Assembly (NCBI RefSeq): GCF_000143415.4
Contig: NW_003314270.1
Location: 1,357,048-1,421,047, forward strand
From: Selaginella moellendorffii
Taxonomy: Eukaryota; Plantae; Lycopodiophyta
Direction: 5' to 3'
DNA: 64,000 nt
The notes under the pieces are model-generated. The model made no database searches, was not told the origin of the DNA, and saw nothing but the letters and a program-made list of their open reading frames with translations. The position numbers and the translations under genes were made by a program. Below, in pieces: positions 1 through 10,903 of this stretch. Each line of letters opens with the position of its first letter. Position 1 is the first letter of the stretch.

Positions 1-85
1 TTCTATTTGAGATCCCTTTCGTTGGGCAATATAAAAACGCTAGGACTAATAGGGTTTGTGTGCTAGGACTAATAAGGTTTGTGTG

Positions 86-1101
86 ATGGAGTTGAAGAAG
101 ACGGTGCTAGGGAAGTATAGGTTTTGTGATGGTATCCAAACGATTGATAGGTTTATATTGTGAGTGAAGGTCGTAACCAAGAAGGCGATAAAGTTCTAAT
201 CAAGAAGATTGATAGTGAATTATACAACTATAATCACATGGTCCGAGAGGTTGAGCTCATGAAGGAGTGCAAGCATGAGAACATAATGAGAGTTCTCGAC
301 ATAGGCCAAGAAGAAGATGGAGATTATATGGTTCTAGAGCACTTGTGCGATGCCAGGGACCTCCAGTATGAGCGATTCTACTACAAACTCTCTGACGTAG
401 GGTTGATCAAGGAAACCATACGGCAGCTCCTGGTGGGCTTGGCAAGCTTGCACGAGCGAGAGGTTGTGCATCAGGACATTGTGCCCGCTTGTATCAGATT
501 CGAGCTCAATCATAGCAACTTTGTGGTGAAGCTGGGAGATTTTCACTGCTCAAGGAGGCTATCAACTCCACCAAATGTAGATACTATGGGGGGCTCAATG
601 GGATTCACTGCTCCTGAAGTTATCTCCCGAGAGACGGAGAAGATAGGGAAAGGTGTGGATATGTGGGGTGTTGGAGCTGTGCTTGCAAATATGCTCTTAG
701 GAGAGAACCCTTTTCTTGAAGGTATTGATTTGAGTTTGAGCTGCGATGCAAACAAGGCAAAGGTGATGGACAATATGAAAAAGTTCTTGAAGAGGGATTG
801 GTATGAGATGATTGAAGACGAGGATGCAGTGGACTTGCTGCGATGTTTATTAGTTTGGGATCCAGACAAGAGGATTACTGCGGAACAAGCTTTGAAATCA
901 ATGTATTTCAAAGTGAGACCTCAAGATATCGAAAAGAAAAGAGTGGTGGTACCTGTTGTCAAAGAAGAAAAGGAAGAAGAAAAGGTGGTGCCGAAGAGTA
1001 TTGATTATTTCAAAGAAGAAAGGGAAGAACTAATGATGGTGGGTCTTTTCATAATGTTTGCCATAGCTGTCATCATATATTTTAGTTTATATACAACATA
1101 A
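86..1101 (+). pseudogene. Ser/Thr protein-kinase-like gene (MAPK/CDK-like fold) with C-terminal hydrophobic anchor; frameshift near 152
   Basis: ORF 160..1101 has kinase motifs VLIKK, REVELM, HENI, VVHQDI, KLGDFH, FTAPE, VDMWGVG and PDKRITAEQAL, and a terminal TM segment (LMMVGLFIMFAIAVIIYFSL). The ATG at 86 (MELKKTVLGKY) is out of frame by one base. Confidence 0.75.
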
Positions 1102-1169
1102 AGGTGGCAAACCCTTAAGTTGTAACGAGTTTTTAAAATCAAAACTATTTTATTATCTAAATGCTCCGG

Positions 1170-2952
1170 CTAGTTGTAACAAGTAAATTGGCGCCTAATG
1201 TAGACAATCTCTTCGAGCATGTCTTGGTACGTGAATGGCCTCACGGCGGCCTTCAATCCAGTCCCTGGCTCGAAGTTCCAGTTCTTGCTCTCATCCCTGT
1301 CATCGTCGAGCTGATCGAAGTGGTGGAAATAGAGCTCTCGCGGGTAGCGTCGCAGCGCAGCATAGCTCGGGGTCACCTCCCGGTAGAAATCACGCTGCCA
1401 GGACGTGAGGTTTCTCTTCCGCAGTGGATGGGGCTTGCCACCAAAGTAGCTCTCCTTCATCCTCCTCTTCCTCTTCTTTCGCATCCCCACTTCTTCCTCG
1501 TTGCCCTGTTTAGCCGCAATTCCACTTCCTTCTTCTAGAATACGATGGTCTCCTCCTGGTTCTTCTTCCTCTTCCTGGGACTCGAAGCTTTCGAGCTGCT
1601 CTTCGTCGTATTTTCTAAGCTGTGCCAGCGCTTCACCCAGATCAAGCTCTTGATCACCAGCTTCTTCACTAGCAATATCATCGTCTTCGTCATCACGACC
1701 ATCTTCTTCTTCTTCGTCATCGCCACCTTCCTCGTCTTCGTCATTTTCATCTCCATCTTCACTACCATGATCTTGCTCGCCATCCTCGTCTTTGCCTTCC
1801 TCCTCCTCATCTTCATCATCCCACACACTCTCGTCACTCGCAAACTCAACCTGTCGCCCCGTGGCCTCGGCCTCGGCCTCCTTCCGTCGCCACTCCTTGG
1901 TAAACGGATGAAGGAACTGCACGGGCTGGCCATTCATCATATGCTCCAGCACCAGCGATCTCCTCTCTTCATCCAGCCCCACCCACGCCGCCACAATCTC
2001 CGCCTCGCTCGCACTCACCTCCACGCCCAGCCTCTCGCACAGCCGGTAGTAGAAGCTCTTCTTTCTCCTCTCTTCCACGTCCTCGCCCTCGATCCCATCC
2101 AGCTCCGTCTCGGGATTGAGAAGCTCGAACAGCCCACGCATGTAATCCTCCTGCGGCTCATATCTACGCAAGAAAACGATCAGACAATCGATCGCCAAGA
2201 ACAAGAGCTCGAGGGTGGTAGTACCTCATCTGATACTCCGGCCTCTTCACCCAGATCAAATCCGGCCGGCACCACGACACACACCTCGTCACCCCGTGCC
2301 GCGCCCGAAGATCCACCCTCTCGCCAACGTCCCACTTATCGAGCTTGGCATCGCCAGACTCCACAACGACGTGCGCCGCCAGCGTCCACGTCTTCCACGG
2401 CGGCTGCCATCGCCGCGGCTTGCTCGCCCCCCTCACGAACACGTAGAAAAAATGCATCTTGGCCGAGTCCATCATGTCGAGCTTCTTGTCGAAGATCCGG
2501 CACTGCTGGAACTTGTGCATCTCCTCCATCTCCTCGTCGTCCCGGACCGACGAGTAGAGGAACACCATGTCCTTGTCGTGCACGGACCCAAACTTGGGCT
2601 CCCCGAAGATCATCCCGCGATGGCGGTATGGCCCGTAAGCTCCATACTTGTAGTAGTCGTCGTTGTAGACGATGTCCGCCTCGGCCAGGACCTTGTCGAT
2701 CACCTCCGGCGATGGACCCAAGTCCTTGGGCTTCCTGGGACCGTCGAAGCGTCCCCCGGGACTCACCCTCTTCTTCTTCCCGGCGCTCACACTCACGTCT
2801 CTTGGAGTTGCTCTTTGGGTGATCGAGGTGAGGGAGATTGAGCTTACCCGAGTGATGGGAGGGATGGATGGAGCTGGATTGGCGCTGTGAGAGCTCCTGA
2901 GCTCTTGGCCTAGGAAGGGGCTGCCGCTTTGGAGGAGAATGCAAGAGGACAT
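1170..2952 (-). CDS. Conserved plant protein with transit-peptide-like N-terminus and Asp/Glu-rich region; 2 exons (2952-2225, 2163-1170)
   Basis: ORFs 2164..2952 and 1170..2204 join in frame through a 61-bp GT..AG intron (2224-2164) giving ...KRPEYQMR|YEPQEDY.... The N-terminus is Ser/Arg-rich. Family not identified with certainty. Confidence 0.8.
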
Positions 2953-3169
2953 TGACGAGCCCTAGAAACAGAGTATGCCAGGGGAAGGGAGAAGGAAGGC
3001 CAATTCGCAACCGATTCGACAAATTCTCGATGCTAGGGGATGGAGCTGGAAGAGATCTGGGAGCCCAACTCTCTGGATCTCGAGAAAGTTCGCGCGCGAG
3101 AGAGAATTTTACTGTAGAATCTCTCAAGAACGAGAAGAAAAGCGATTGGCATTTCTTTTTGCCCTGTGA

Positions 3170-5413
3170 ATGGCAAGATTTGGATCCACTGTATTCTCCC
3201 GAGGGTGTTCTTCATCGGCATTTGCATCGGCCCTTAAGAATTGCACCGAAGTGTCCGAGGGTAAGCACATCCACAGCCAAATCGTTTCTGCCGGTTTGGA
3301 TAGATCCACCTATGTTGGAAATCACGTCTTGGAAATGTATGGCAGGCTTGGAAGCGTGGAAGAAGCCCAAGAAGCGTTTGAGAAAGTGTTTGAGAAGAAC
3401 CACATTTCGTGGACACTCTTCATTGCGGCACTTGCCCAGAACGGGCATTGCAAGGAGGCACTTGCAACCTTCAAGAAAATGGATCTGGAGGGTGTCAAGC
3501 CGAAGAGGCTCGCGTTCCTGCGAGTGATCGGAGCTTGCTGTGACGCCAGAGACGCAACCGAGGGCAGAAAAGTCCATGCACGGGTTCTGGAAGACGCTGT
3601 TCTGGCGAGTGATGTGTTTTTGAGCGCGGCACTCATCAACATGTATGGGAAGTGTGGCTGCCTGGACAAGGCCGAGATGGTGTTTGGTTCCATCGCTTCC
3701 AAGGACGATTTCTCGTGGACTTCGATGATAAGAGCATACGTGGAGCACGAAGAGTTTGATCTGGCGCTGGAGATCTACATGGAGTTTCTGGTGGAAGGAG
3801 GCAAACCAGACGCGTCAACTTTCAAGAACATCCTGAGAGCTTGCACTAGATTGGAAGAGAAATCTCTCCCACAAGGCAGGCTCGTCCACTCCCAGATCCT
3901 CGAGTCCGGGCTCGGCTCAAACTTGGCGCTCGTCAACCGCCTCGTCTATCTCTATGGAAGCTCCGGGTGCTTTGAGGAGGCCATGGATCTGCTAGACCGC
4001 ATGAATCCACCGGAGGACGTCCCATGGAACGCAATGGTGGCTGCGTTGTCCCAGCGCGGCAAGAACAGGCAAGCTCTCGAGCTCTTCAACCGGACGAGTT
4101 TGGAGGGAGTGAAGCCGAGCGGCGTGACATTCGTGAGTGGAATCGATGCCTGCTCGGATGGTGGCGATGAGCAGCAAGGCCGAGCGATCCATGCGCGAGC
4201 TCTCGAGGCCGGATTCGGCAGCGACGAGGTGGTGACCGGATGCTTGATCAACATGTACGGAAAGTGTGGAAATCTCGAGCAAGCGAGGCGGATGCTGGAA
4301 GCTAGCGGCTGGAACAACTTGGTTTCGTGCACTTCCTTGATCTGGGCCTACTGCCAGCACGGTCTTCTCGAAAACGCTCTCGATGTCTTCCACCGGGTCG
4401 AGCAGGGAGGGATCAAGGCCAACAAGGTGACGCTCGTGAGCGTAGTTGCCGCGTTTTGGAGCTCGGATTTCCTGGATCGAGGGCGAGCCATGCACGCTCG
4501 TTTGATCGAGCTCGGGCACTCATCGGACGTGATCGTCACCAACGCGCTCATCGGCATGTATGGAAAGTGTGGAAGCTTGCCCGACGCGAAGATGATCTTC
4601 GCGAACGCTCGCCGGAAGAACGCCGTGTCGTGGAACTCGATCATCGGAGCTTGCTCGCAGCAGGGAGATGGCAAGAGCGCATTGGACTTGTTCGCGAGGA
4701 TGGACCTCTCGGGGTCCTCTCCGACGACCATCACGCTCGCAAACGTCCTGGAAGCTTGCGTCCGGATTAACGATCTGCCTAGAGGAAAGGTGATCCATCT
4801 GGAAATCCGGGGATCCATGCTCGAGCACGATCCAAACGTGAGGAGCTCGCTACTAAACATGTATACCAAGTGTGGCAGCCTCGTCGATGCCGAGAAGATC
4901 TTCCAGCGCTGGCAAAGCTCTTGCGTGGTGACATGGACGAGCATGATCGCGGCCTATGCCAAGCACGCTCGATTCGAGGACTCCCTCAAGCTCGGCCGGA
5001 GGATGGAGATGGAGGGCGTCAAGTTTAACGAGGTGACGTTCCTGACCGTGATCTTCGCTTGCAGCCACGCCGGATTCGTGGAGCAAGGCTGCCACTACTT
5101 CGTGTCTATGACGAGGGAGCGTGGGATGACGCCGAGCTTGGAGCAGTACAGCTGCGTGGTGGATCTTCTGGCGCGAGCCGGATGGATTGAGCAAGCGCTG
5201 GACTTCATCGAGAGGAGGATGCATCTCCCCCCAAACGCCGCGACTTGGATCGCACTGCTGAATGCTTGTAAAATCCATCATGATCTCCAGAGGGCCGTGA
5301 TGGTGGCAGAGAGAATCATCGAGCTATCGCCTGGGAATTCGTCGGCGTGCTCGCTATTGCAGGATGTTTGCAATGAAGCAGGGATCACGCAGTCGGATAT
5401 TTTGGCCTCATGA
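3170..5413 (+). CDS. PLS-class pentatricopeptide repeat protein with E-type C-terminus (no DYW), intronless
   Basis: 747-aa ORF with repeated 'LINMYGKCG..A..F' and 'VSWNSII.A..Q.G' motifs, 'ACSHAGFVEQGCHYFVSM', 'YSCVVDLLARAG' and 'TWIALLNACKIH'. Confidence 0.93.
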   Translation: MARFGSTVFSRGCSSSAFASALKNCTEVSEGKHIHSQIVSAGLDRSTYVGNHVLEMYGRLGSVEEAQEAFEKVFEKNHISWTLFIAALAQNGHCKEALATFKKMDLEGVKPKRLAFLRVIGACCDARDATEGRKVHARVLEDAVLASDVFLSAALINMYGKCGCLDKAEMVFGSIASKDDFSWTSMIRAYVEHEEFDLALEIYMEFLVEGGKPDASTFKNILRACTRLEEKSLPQGRLVHSQILESGLGSNLALVNRLVYLYGSSGCFEEAMDLLDRMNPPEDVPWNAMVAALSQRGKNRQALELFNRTSLEGVKPSGVTFVSGIDACSDGGDEQQGRAIHARALEAGFGSDEVVTGCLINMYGKCGNLEQARRMLEASGWNNLVSCTSLIWAYCQHGLLENALDVFHRVEQGGIKANKVTLVSVVAAFWSSDFLDRGRAMHARLIELGHSSDVIVTNALIGMYGKCGSLPDAKMIFANARRKNAVSWNSIIGACSQQGDGKSALDLFARMDLSGSSPTTITLANVLEACVRINDLPRGKVIHLEIRGSMLEHDPNVRSSLLNMYTKCGSLVDAEKIFQRWQSSCVVTWTSMIAAYAKHARFEDSLKLGRRMEMEGVKFNEVTFLTVIFACSHAGFVEQGCHYFVSMTRERGMTPSLEQYSCVVDLLARAGWIEQALDFIERRMHLPPNAATWIALLNACKIHHDLQRAVMVAERIIELSPGNSSACSLLQDVCNEAGITQSDILAS

Positions 5414-5432
5414 CTGTCTCAATATTTCTCCA

Positions 5433-6328
5433 AACATTGCAAAGATCACGTTGGCTAGAACTATCACGCATGCATGGGGGAAAACAATGAAGAAAATGGT
5501 CCTATAGTACCTTTACAATTGTCTTTCAAGCTTTATCTTTCTTCACCGCGGCTTTTTTCTTGCTGCTCTTCTGGCTCTGCTTTAGCTTCGCCAGTCCCGG
5601 AGCGCTCACCTTCACATTTCCAATCATGCACGCTACCAGATCCGGCTCCGCCACCGCTTTCATCAATTCTTTCTCTCTTGGAAGCACGTCCGACGAGCGA
5701 ATGAAAGCGTCCATAGCCATTTTCGCTCCTGGAAGCAGCAAACGAGTGAAACCAAGCGAAAGAAAACCACTACTTACCTTTGCCTTTCTTCGAAGGCCCT
5801 GGTGTGATCTTTGCGTGGTACTTGTAGTTCTGGAGAGCACTGTAAGGCCCGCACACCGGTACCGCGTAGAGCAGGATGTCATTCGGAAGGGGCCTTCCAG
5901 TCAGAGCGTCCAGCTCCGTTAGCTTCTCCCTTTCTTCCTCGTCCAGATCCACAATGTTCTCCTCGGCATTGATCGCCGCAATTTCGCTTTCAGTTTGCTT
6001 CGAGTCCGGGCACTCGGATGCAACATGTCCTCTTTTCTTGCAGGTGTAGCAAATCACGGGTTTCTTTGCTGCGTCTGTAAAGCTTGCAAACTTCAAGAAC
6101 GAAAATTAGAGTACAAGACGAACCTTCGTTCTTCACGCTCGGTTTTTCCGGTTGCTCCTTGGCTGATGGTTTCTCTCGTCCTGCAGACTGTTTGTAATTA
6201 CGTTTCAAGTCAGTTCCAGGAAGAACAAAATCAAAAGAGAAAACCTTACAGAAAGTAGGACCTGTTCCCGTCATCTTGCTCGGCATACTTCTTGTCGATG
6301 AGATTTCCTTTCCTTTCTGCCAGCGGAC
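5433..6328 (-). pseudogene. NEMF: 3' fragment of NEMF/Rqc2 (zinc knuckle + NFACT-C exons), duplicate of ~19248-20155
   Basis: Near-identical to the 3' exons of the intact gene ([15 protein letters not shown]; [25 protein letters not shown]). Its 5' part is replaced by PPR sequence at 6329. Confidence 0.9.
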
Positions 6329-6804
6329 CACCATCTTGGCCTAGGCAGCCACACTTCCCATAAGAACACATCACTCGCCAGAACAGCGTCTTCCAGAACC
6401 CGTGCATGGATTTTTCTGCCCTCGGTTGCGTCTCTGCAAGCTCCGATTACTCGCAGGAACACGAACCTCTTGGGCTTGACACCCTCCAGATCCATTTTCT
6501 TGAAGGTTGCAAGTGCCTCCTTGCAATGCCCGTTCTGGGCAAGTGCCGCAATGAAGAGTGTCCATGAAATGTGGTTCTTCTCGAACACTTTCTCAAACGC
6601 TTCTTGAGCTTCTTCCACGCTTCCAAGCCTGCCATACATTTCCAAGACGTGATTTCCAACATAGGTGGATCTATCCAAACCGGCAGAAACGATTTGGCTG
6701 TGGATGTGCTTACCCTCGGACACTTCGGTGCAATTCTTAAGGGCCGATGCAAATGCCGATGAAGAACACCCTCGGGAGAATACAGTGGATCCAAATCTTG
6801 CCAT
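6329..6804 (-). pseudogene. 5' fragment of the PPR gene, truncated and frameshifted, joined to the NEMF 3' fragment
   Basis: ORF 6271..6804 matches 3170+ up to ...LASDVFL, then small deletions shift the frame. Junction ATGGTG|GTCCGC. Confidence 0.9.
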
Positions 6805-7014
6805 TCACAGGGCAATGCCAATCGCTTTTCTTCTCGTTCTTGAGAGATTCTACAGTAAAATTCTCTCTCGCGCGCGAACTTTCTCGAGATCCAGAGAGTT
6901 GGGCTCCCAGATCTCTTCCAGCTCCATCCCCTAGCATCGAGAATTTGTCGAATCGGTTGCGAATTGGCCTTCCTTCTCCCTTCCCCTGGCATACTCTGTT
7001 TCTAGGGCTCGTCA

Positions 7015-8818
7015 ATGTCCTCTTGCATTCTCCTCCAAAGCGGCAGCCCCTTCCTAGGCCAAGAGCTCAGGAGCTCTCACAGCGCCAATCCAACTCCATC
7101 CATCCCTCCCATCACTCGGGTAAGCTCAATCGCCCTCACCTCGATCACCCAAAGAGCAACACCAAGAGACGTGAGTGTGAGCGCCGGGAAGAAGAAGAGG
7201 GTGAGTCCCGGGGGACGCTTCGACGGTCCCAGGAAGCCCAAGGACTTGGGTCCATCGCCGGAGGTGATCGACAAGGTCCTGGCCGAGGCGGACATCGTCT
7301 ACAACGACGACTACTACAAGTATGGAGCTTACGGGCCATACCGCCATCGCGGGATGATCTTCGGCGAGCCCAAGTTTGGGTCCGTGCACGACAAGGACAT
7401 GGTGTTCCTCTACTCGTCGGTCCGGGACGACGAGGAGATGGAGGAGATGCACAAGTTCCAGCAGTGCCGGATCTTCGACAAGAAGCTCGACATGATGGAC
7501 TCGGCCAAGATGCATTTTTTCTACGTGTTCGTGAGGGGGGCGAGCAAGCCGCGGCGATGGCAGCCGCCGTGGAAGACGTGGACGCTGGCGGCGCACGTCG
7601 TTGTGGAGTCTGGCGATGCCAAGCTCGATAAGTGGGACGTTGGCGAGAGGGTGGATCTTCGGGCGCGGCACGGGGTGACGAGGTGTGTGTCGTGGTGCCG
7701 GCCGGATTTGATCTGGGTGAAGAGGCCGGAGTATCAGATGAGGTACTACCACCCTCGAGCTCTTGTTCTTGGCGATCGATTGTCTGATCGTTTTCTTGCG
7801 TAGATATCAGCCGCAGGAGGATTACATGCGTGGGCTGTTCGAGCTTCTCAATCCCGAGACGGAGCTGGATGGGATCGAGGGCGAGGACGTGGAAGAGAGG
7901 AGAAAGAAGAGCTTCTACTACCGGCTGTGCGAGCGGCTGGGCGTGGAGGTGAGTGCGAGCGAGGCGGAGATTGTGGCGGCGTGGGTGGGGCTGGATGAAG
8001 AGAGGAGATCGCTGGTGCTGGAGCATATGATGAATGGCCAGCCCGTGCAGTTCCTTCATCCGTTTACCAAGGAGTGGCGGCGTAAGGAGGCCGAGGCCGA
8101 GGCCACGGGGCGACAGGTTGAGTTTGCGAGTGACGAGAGTGTGTGGGATGATGAAGATGAGGAGGAGGAAGGCAAAGACGAGGATGGCGAGCAAGATCAT
8201 GGTAGTGAAGATGGAGATGAAAATGAAGAAGACGAAGATGGTGGCGATGATGAAGACGAAGGTGGCGATGACGAAGAAGAAGAAGATGGTCGTGATGACG
8301 AAGACGATGATATTGCTAGTGAAGAAGCTGGTGATCAAGAGCTTGATCTGGGTGAAGCGCTGGCACAGCTTAGAAAATACGACGAAGAGCAGCTCGAAAG
8401 CTTCGAGTCCCAGGAAGAGGAAGAAGAACCAGGAGGAGACCATCGTATTCTAGAAGAAGGAAGTGGAATCGCAGCTAAACAGGGTAACGAAGGAGAAGCG
8501 GGGATGCGAAAGAAGAGGAAGAGGAGGATGAAGGAGAGCTACTTTGGTGGCAAGCCCCATCCACTGCGGAAGAGAAACCTCACGTCCTGGCAGCGCGATT
8601 TCTACCGGGAGGTGACCCCGAGCTATGCTGCGCTGCGACGCTACCCGCGAGAGCTCTATTTCCACCACTTCGATCAGCTCGACGATGACAGGGATGAGAG
8701 CAAGAACTGGAACTTCGAGCCAGGGACTGGATTGAAGGCCGCCGTGAGGCCATTCACGTACCAAGACATGCTCGAAGAGATTGTCTACATTAGGCGCCAA
8801 TTTACTTGTTACAACTAG
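7015..8818 (+). CDS. Second intact copy of the plastid-type acidic protein; 2 exons (7015-7742, 7804-8818)
   Basis: Intron GTACTA...GCGTAG at 7743-7803. Differs from the copy at 1170-2952 by a few substitutions and a 21-bp in-frame indel in the acidic tract. Confidence 0.8.
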
Positions 8819-8886
8819 CCGGAGCATTTAGATAATAAAATAGTTTTGATTTTAAAAACTCGTTACAACTTAAGGGTTTGCCACCT

Positions 8887-9910
8887 TTATGTTGTATATA
8901 AACTAAAATATATGATGACAGCTATGGCAAACATTATGAAAAGACTCACCATCATTAGTTCTTCCCTTTCTTCTTTGAAATAATCAATACTCTTCGGCAC
9001 CACCTTTTCTTCTTCCTTTTCTTCTTTGACAACAGGTACCACCACTCTTTTCTTTTCGATATCTTGAGGTCTCACTTTGAAATACATTGATTTCAAAGCT
9101 TGTTCCGCAGTAATCCTCTTGTCTGGATCCCAAACTAATAAACATCGCAGCAAGTCCACTGCATCCTCGTCTTCAATCATCTCATACCAATCCCTCTTCA
9201 AGAACTTTTTCATATTGTCCATCACCTTTGCCTTGTTTTTACCATAGCTCGAACTCAAATCAATACCTTCTCTCCTAAAAGCATCTTTGCAAACACAACT
9301 CCAACACCTCACATATCCACACCTTTCCCTATCTTCTCCGTCTCCCGGGAGATAACTTCAGGAGCAGTGAATCCCATTGACTCCCCCATAGTATCTACAT
9401 TTGGTGGAGTTGATAGCCTCCTTGAGCAGTGAAAATCTCCCAGCTTCACCACAAAGTTGCTATGATTGAGCTCGAATCTGATACAAGCGGGCACAATGTC
9501 CTGATGCACAACCTCTCGCTCGTGCAAGCTTATGGTTTCCTTGATCAACCCTGTCTCAGAGAGTTTGTAGTAGAATCGCTCATACTGGAGATCCCTGAAA
9601 TCGCACAAGTGCTCTAGAACCATATAATCTCAATCCTCTTCTTGGCCTATGTCGAGAACTCTCATTATTTTCTCATGCTTGCACTCCTCCATGAGCTCAA
9701 CCTCTCGGACCATATGATTATAGTTGTATGAACACACACTGTTTACTACGTGCCAATCACCCAGACGTGACCACCATTTACTTCCATCAATCTTCTTGAT
9801 TAGGACTTTATCGCCTTCTTGGTTACAACCCTCACATTATTATAAAACCTATCAATTTGGATACCATCACAAAAACTATACTTCCCTAGCACCTTCTTCT
9901 TCGACTCCAT
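8887..9910 (-). pseudogene. Degenerate duplicate of the kinase-like gene
   Basis: Split over ORFs 9309..9623 and 8887..9312. Carries deletions (e.g. RQLLVGLA missing) and frameshifts relative to 86-1101. Confidence 0.88.
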
Positions 9911-10019
9911 CACACAAACCCTATTAGTCCTAGCGTTTTTATAGTGCCCAATTAAGGGGAATCTCAAATAAAACAATATATGATACAAAAGAAAAATAAA
10001 AATGCGCGCTCGCATCACA

Positions 10020-10870
10020 AGTATCCACCAAGGGAGAGGCCGAGAATGCATCATTCTCCTTGAAACACCGCACCACCGCCAGTATAGCTCCACTCGGGTT
10101 GCGCACCACTGGCCTTGAGTTGGACTGTGAAAGTTGATGCACTGCTAGCTTCGTCTTTTCCTGTTCAAAGCATTAAGTTCCAAGACTTGAATATTAGGTG
10201 TTTTATATGCTTACCATCACAAGTTGTTGAGTTTTAAAGTTTTCTCTTTCCCTGACGAGGTTACTCGCTTCACTTCGTGAATGCCTGTCCTCAAGAGCGC
10301 TCTTGATTGCATTTATCTTGTCGCTAAAAGGTAGCAGCTGCCTGCCGTTGAGATCCTGAAATGCAATGATCAAAGTAACATGAAATGATAAGTTTGTAGT
10401 AGTTTTCACGCACCCTTCTATGTAGATCGAGAAACTTTTGTCTGTCCTCCATCGCCTTCAGAGATTGTTCTTTCTCGCTTTCTTGTGTTGAGCTTCGTTG
10501 CCTCTTCCTTCAGAGACATGACAGCGGAATCTACTGCCTTTTGTCTATCCTCCACATAACGCCGCTGAGCATCCAGTTCTGAATGGGCTTTTCTTAGCTG
10601 CTGCTTGAGCTCCTCAGCGTCGTTCTCGATTTGCGTAATTCCTTTGAGGAACTTGCACTCCATCTCGAACAAGAATGACTCTTTTTCAGCCGCTTTAAAT
10701 TCCTTGTCACGAAGCACGTCCATCAGCTGTGCGGTTTCGTTGCGTTTCTTGTCAAGTCTCTCTTTCATCTAGTTGTTCAAACTGCGTCCTCACGGATCCC
10801 AGGTATTCACGTTTCTTTGATAAAGCTGCTTGTTCTTCTATGTCCGGTTGTAGAGCTCTCTACATAAATC
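10020..10870 (-). pseudogene. Fragment of a multi-exon coiled-coil protein gene, 5'-truncated
   Basis: ORF 10418..10768 is heptad-rich and K/E-rich. Flanking segments show GT/AG short-intron signals. The gene is cut off by the NEMF fragment at ~10904. Confidence 0.45.
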
Positions 10871-10903
10871 ACCCCGGACGTTAAAGATTTTGATATCCAG
10901 TTT

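Larger units (their letters stand above)
1..3682 (+). repeat. Left arm of a large inverted segmental duplication (partner 6329-9973)
   Basis: This stretch is the reverse complement of 6329-9973, and the ORF track shows mirrored ORFs (2164..2952- vs 7015..7803+; 3170+ vs 6804-). Homology runs to base 1 and may continue outside the window. Confidence 0.97.
6329..9973 (-). repeat. Right arm of the inverted segmental duplication
   Basis: Reverse complement of 1-3682. Confidence 0.97.

Noticed and set aside
1545-2822. Hydrophobic 425-aa ORF (and mirror 7145..8443) resembling a membrane protein
   Set aside because: Antisense shadow of the Asp/Glu-rich coding region.
1170-2952. Assigning a gene symbol (e.g. 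pTAC12/HEMERA, TIC56) to the acidic plastid-type protein
   Set aside because: The sequence does not match those proteins as I recall them, so it is left unnamed.
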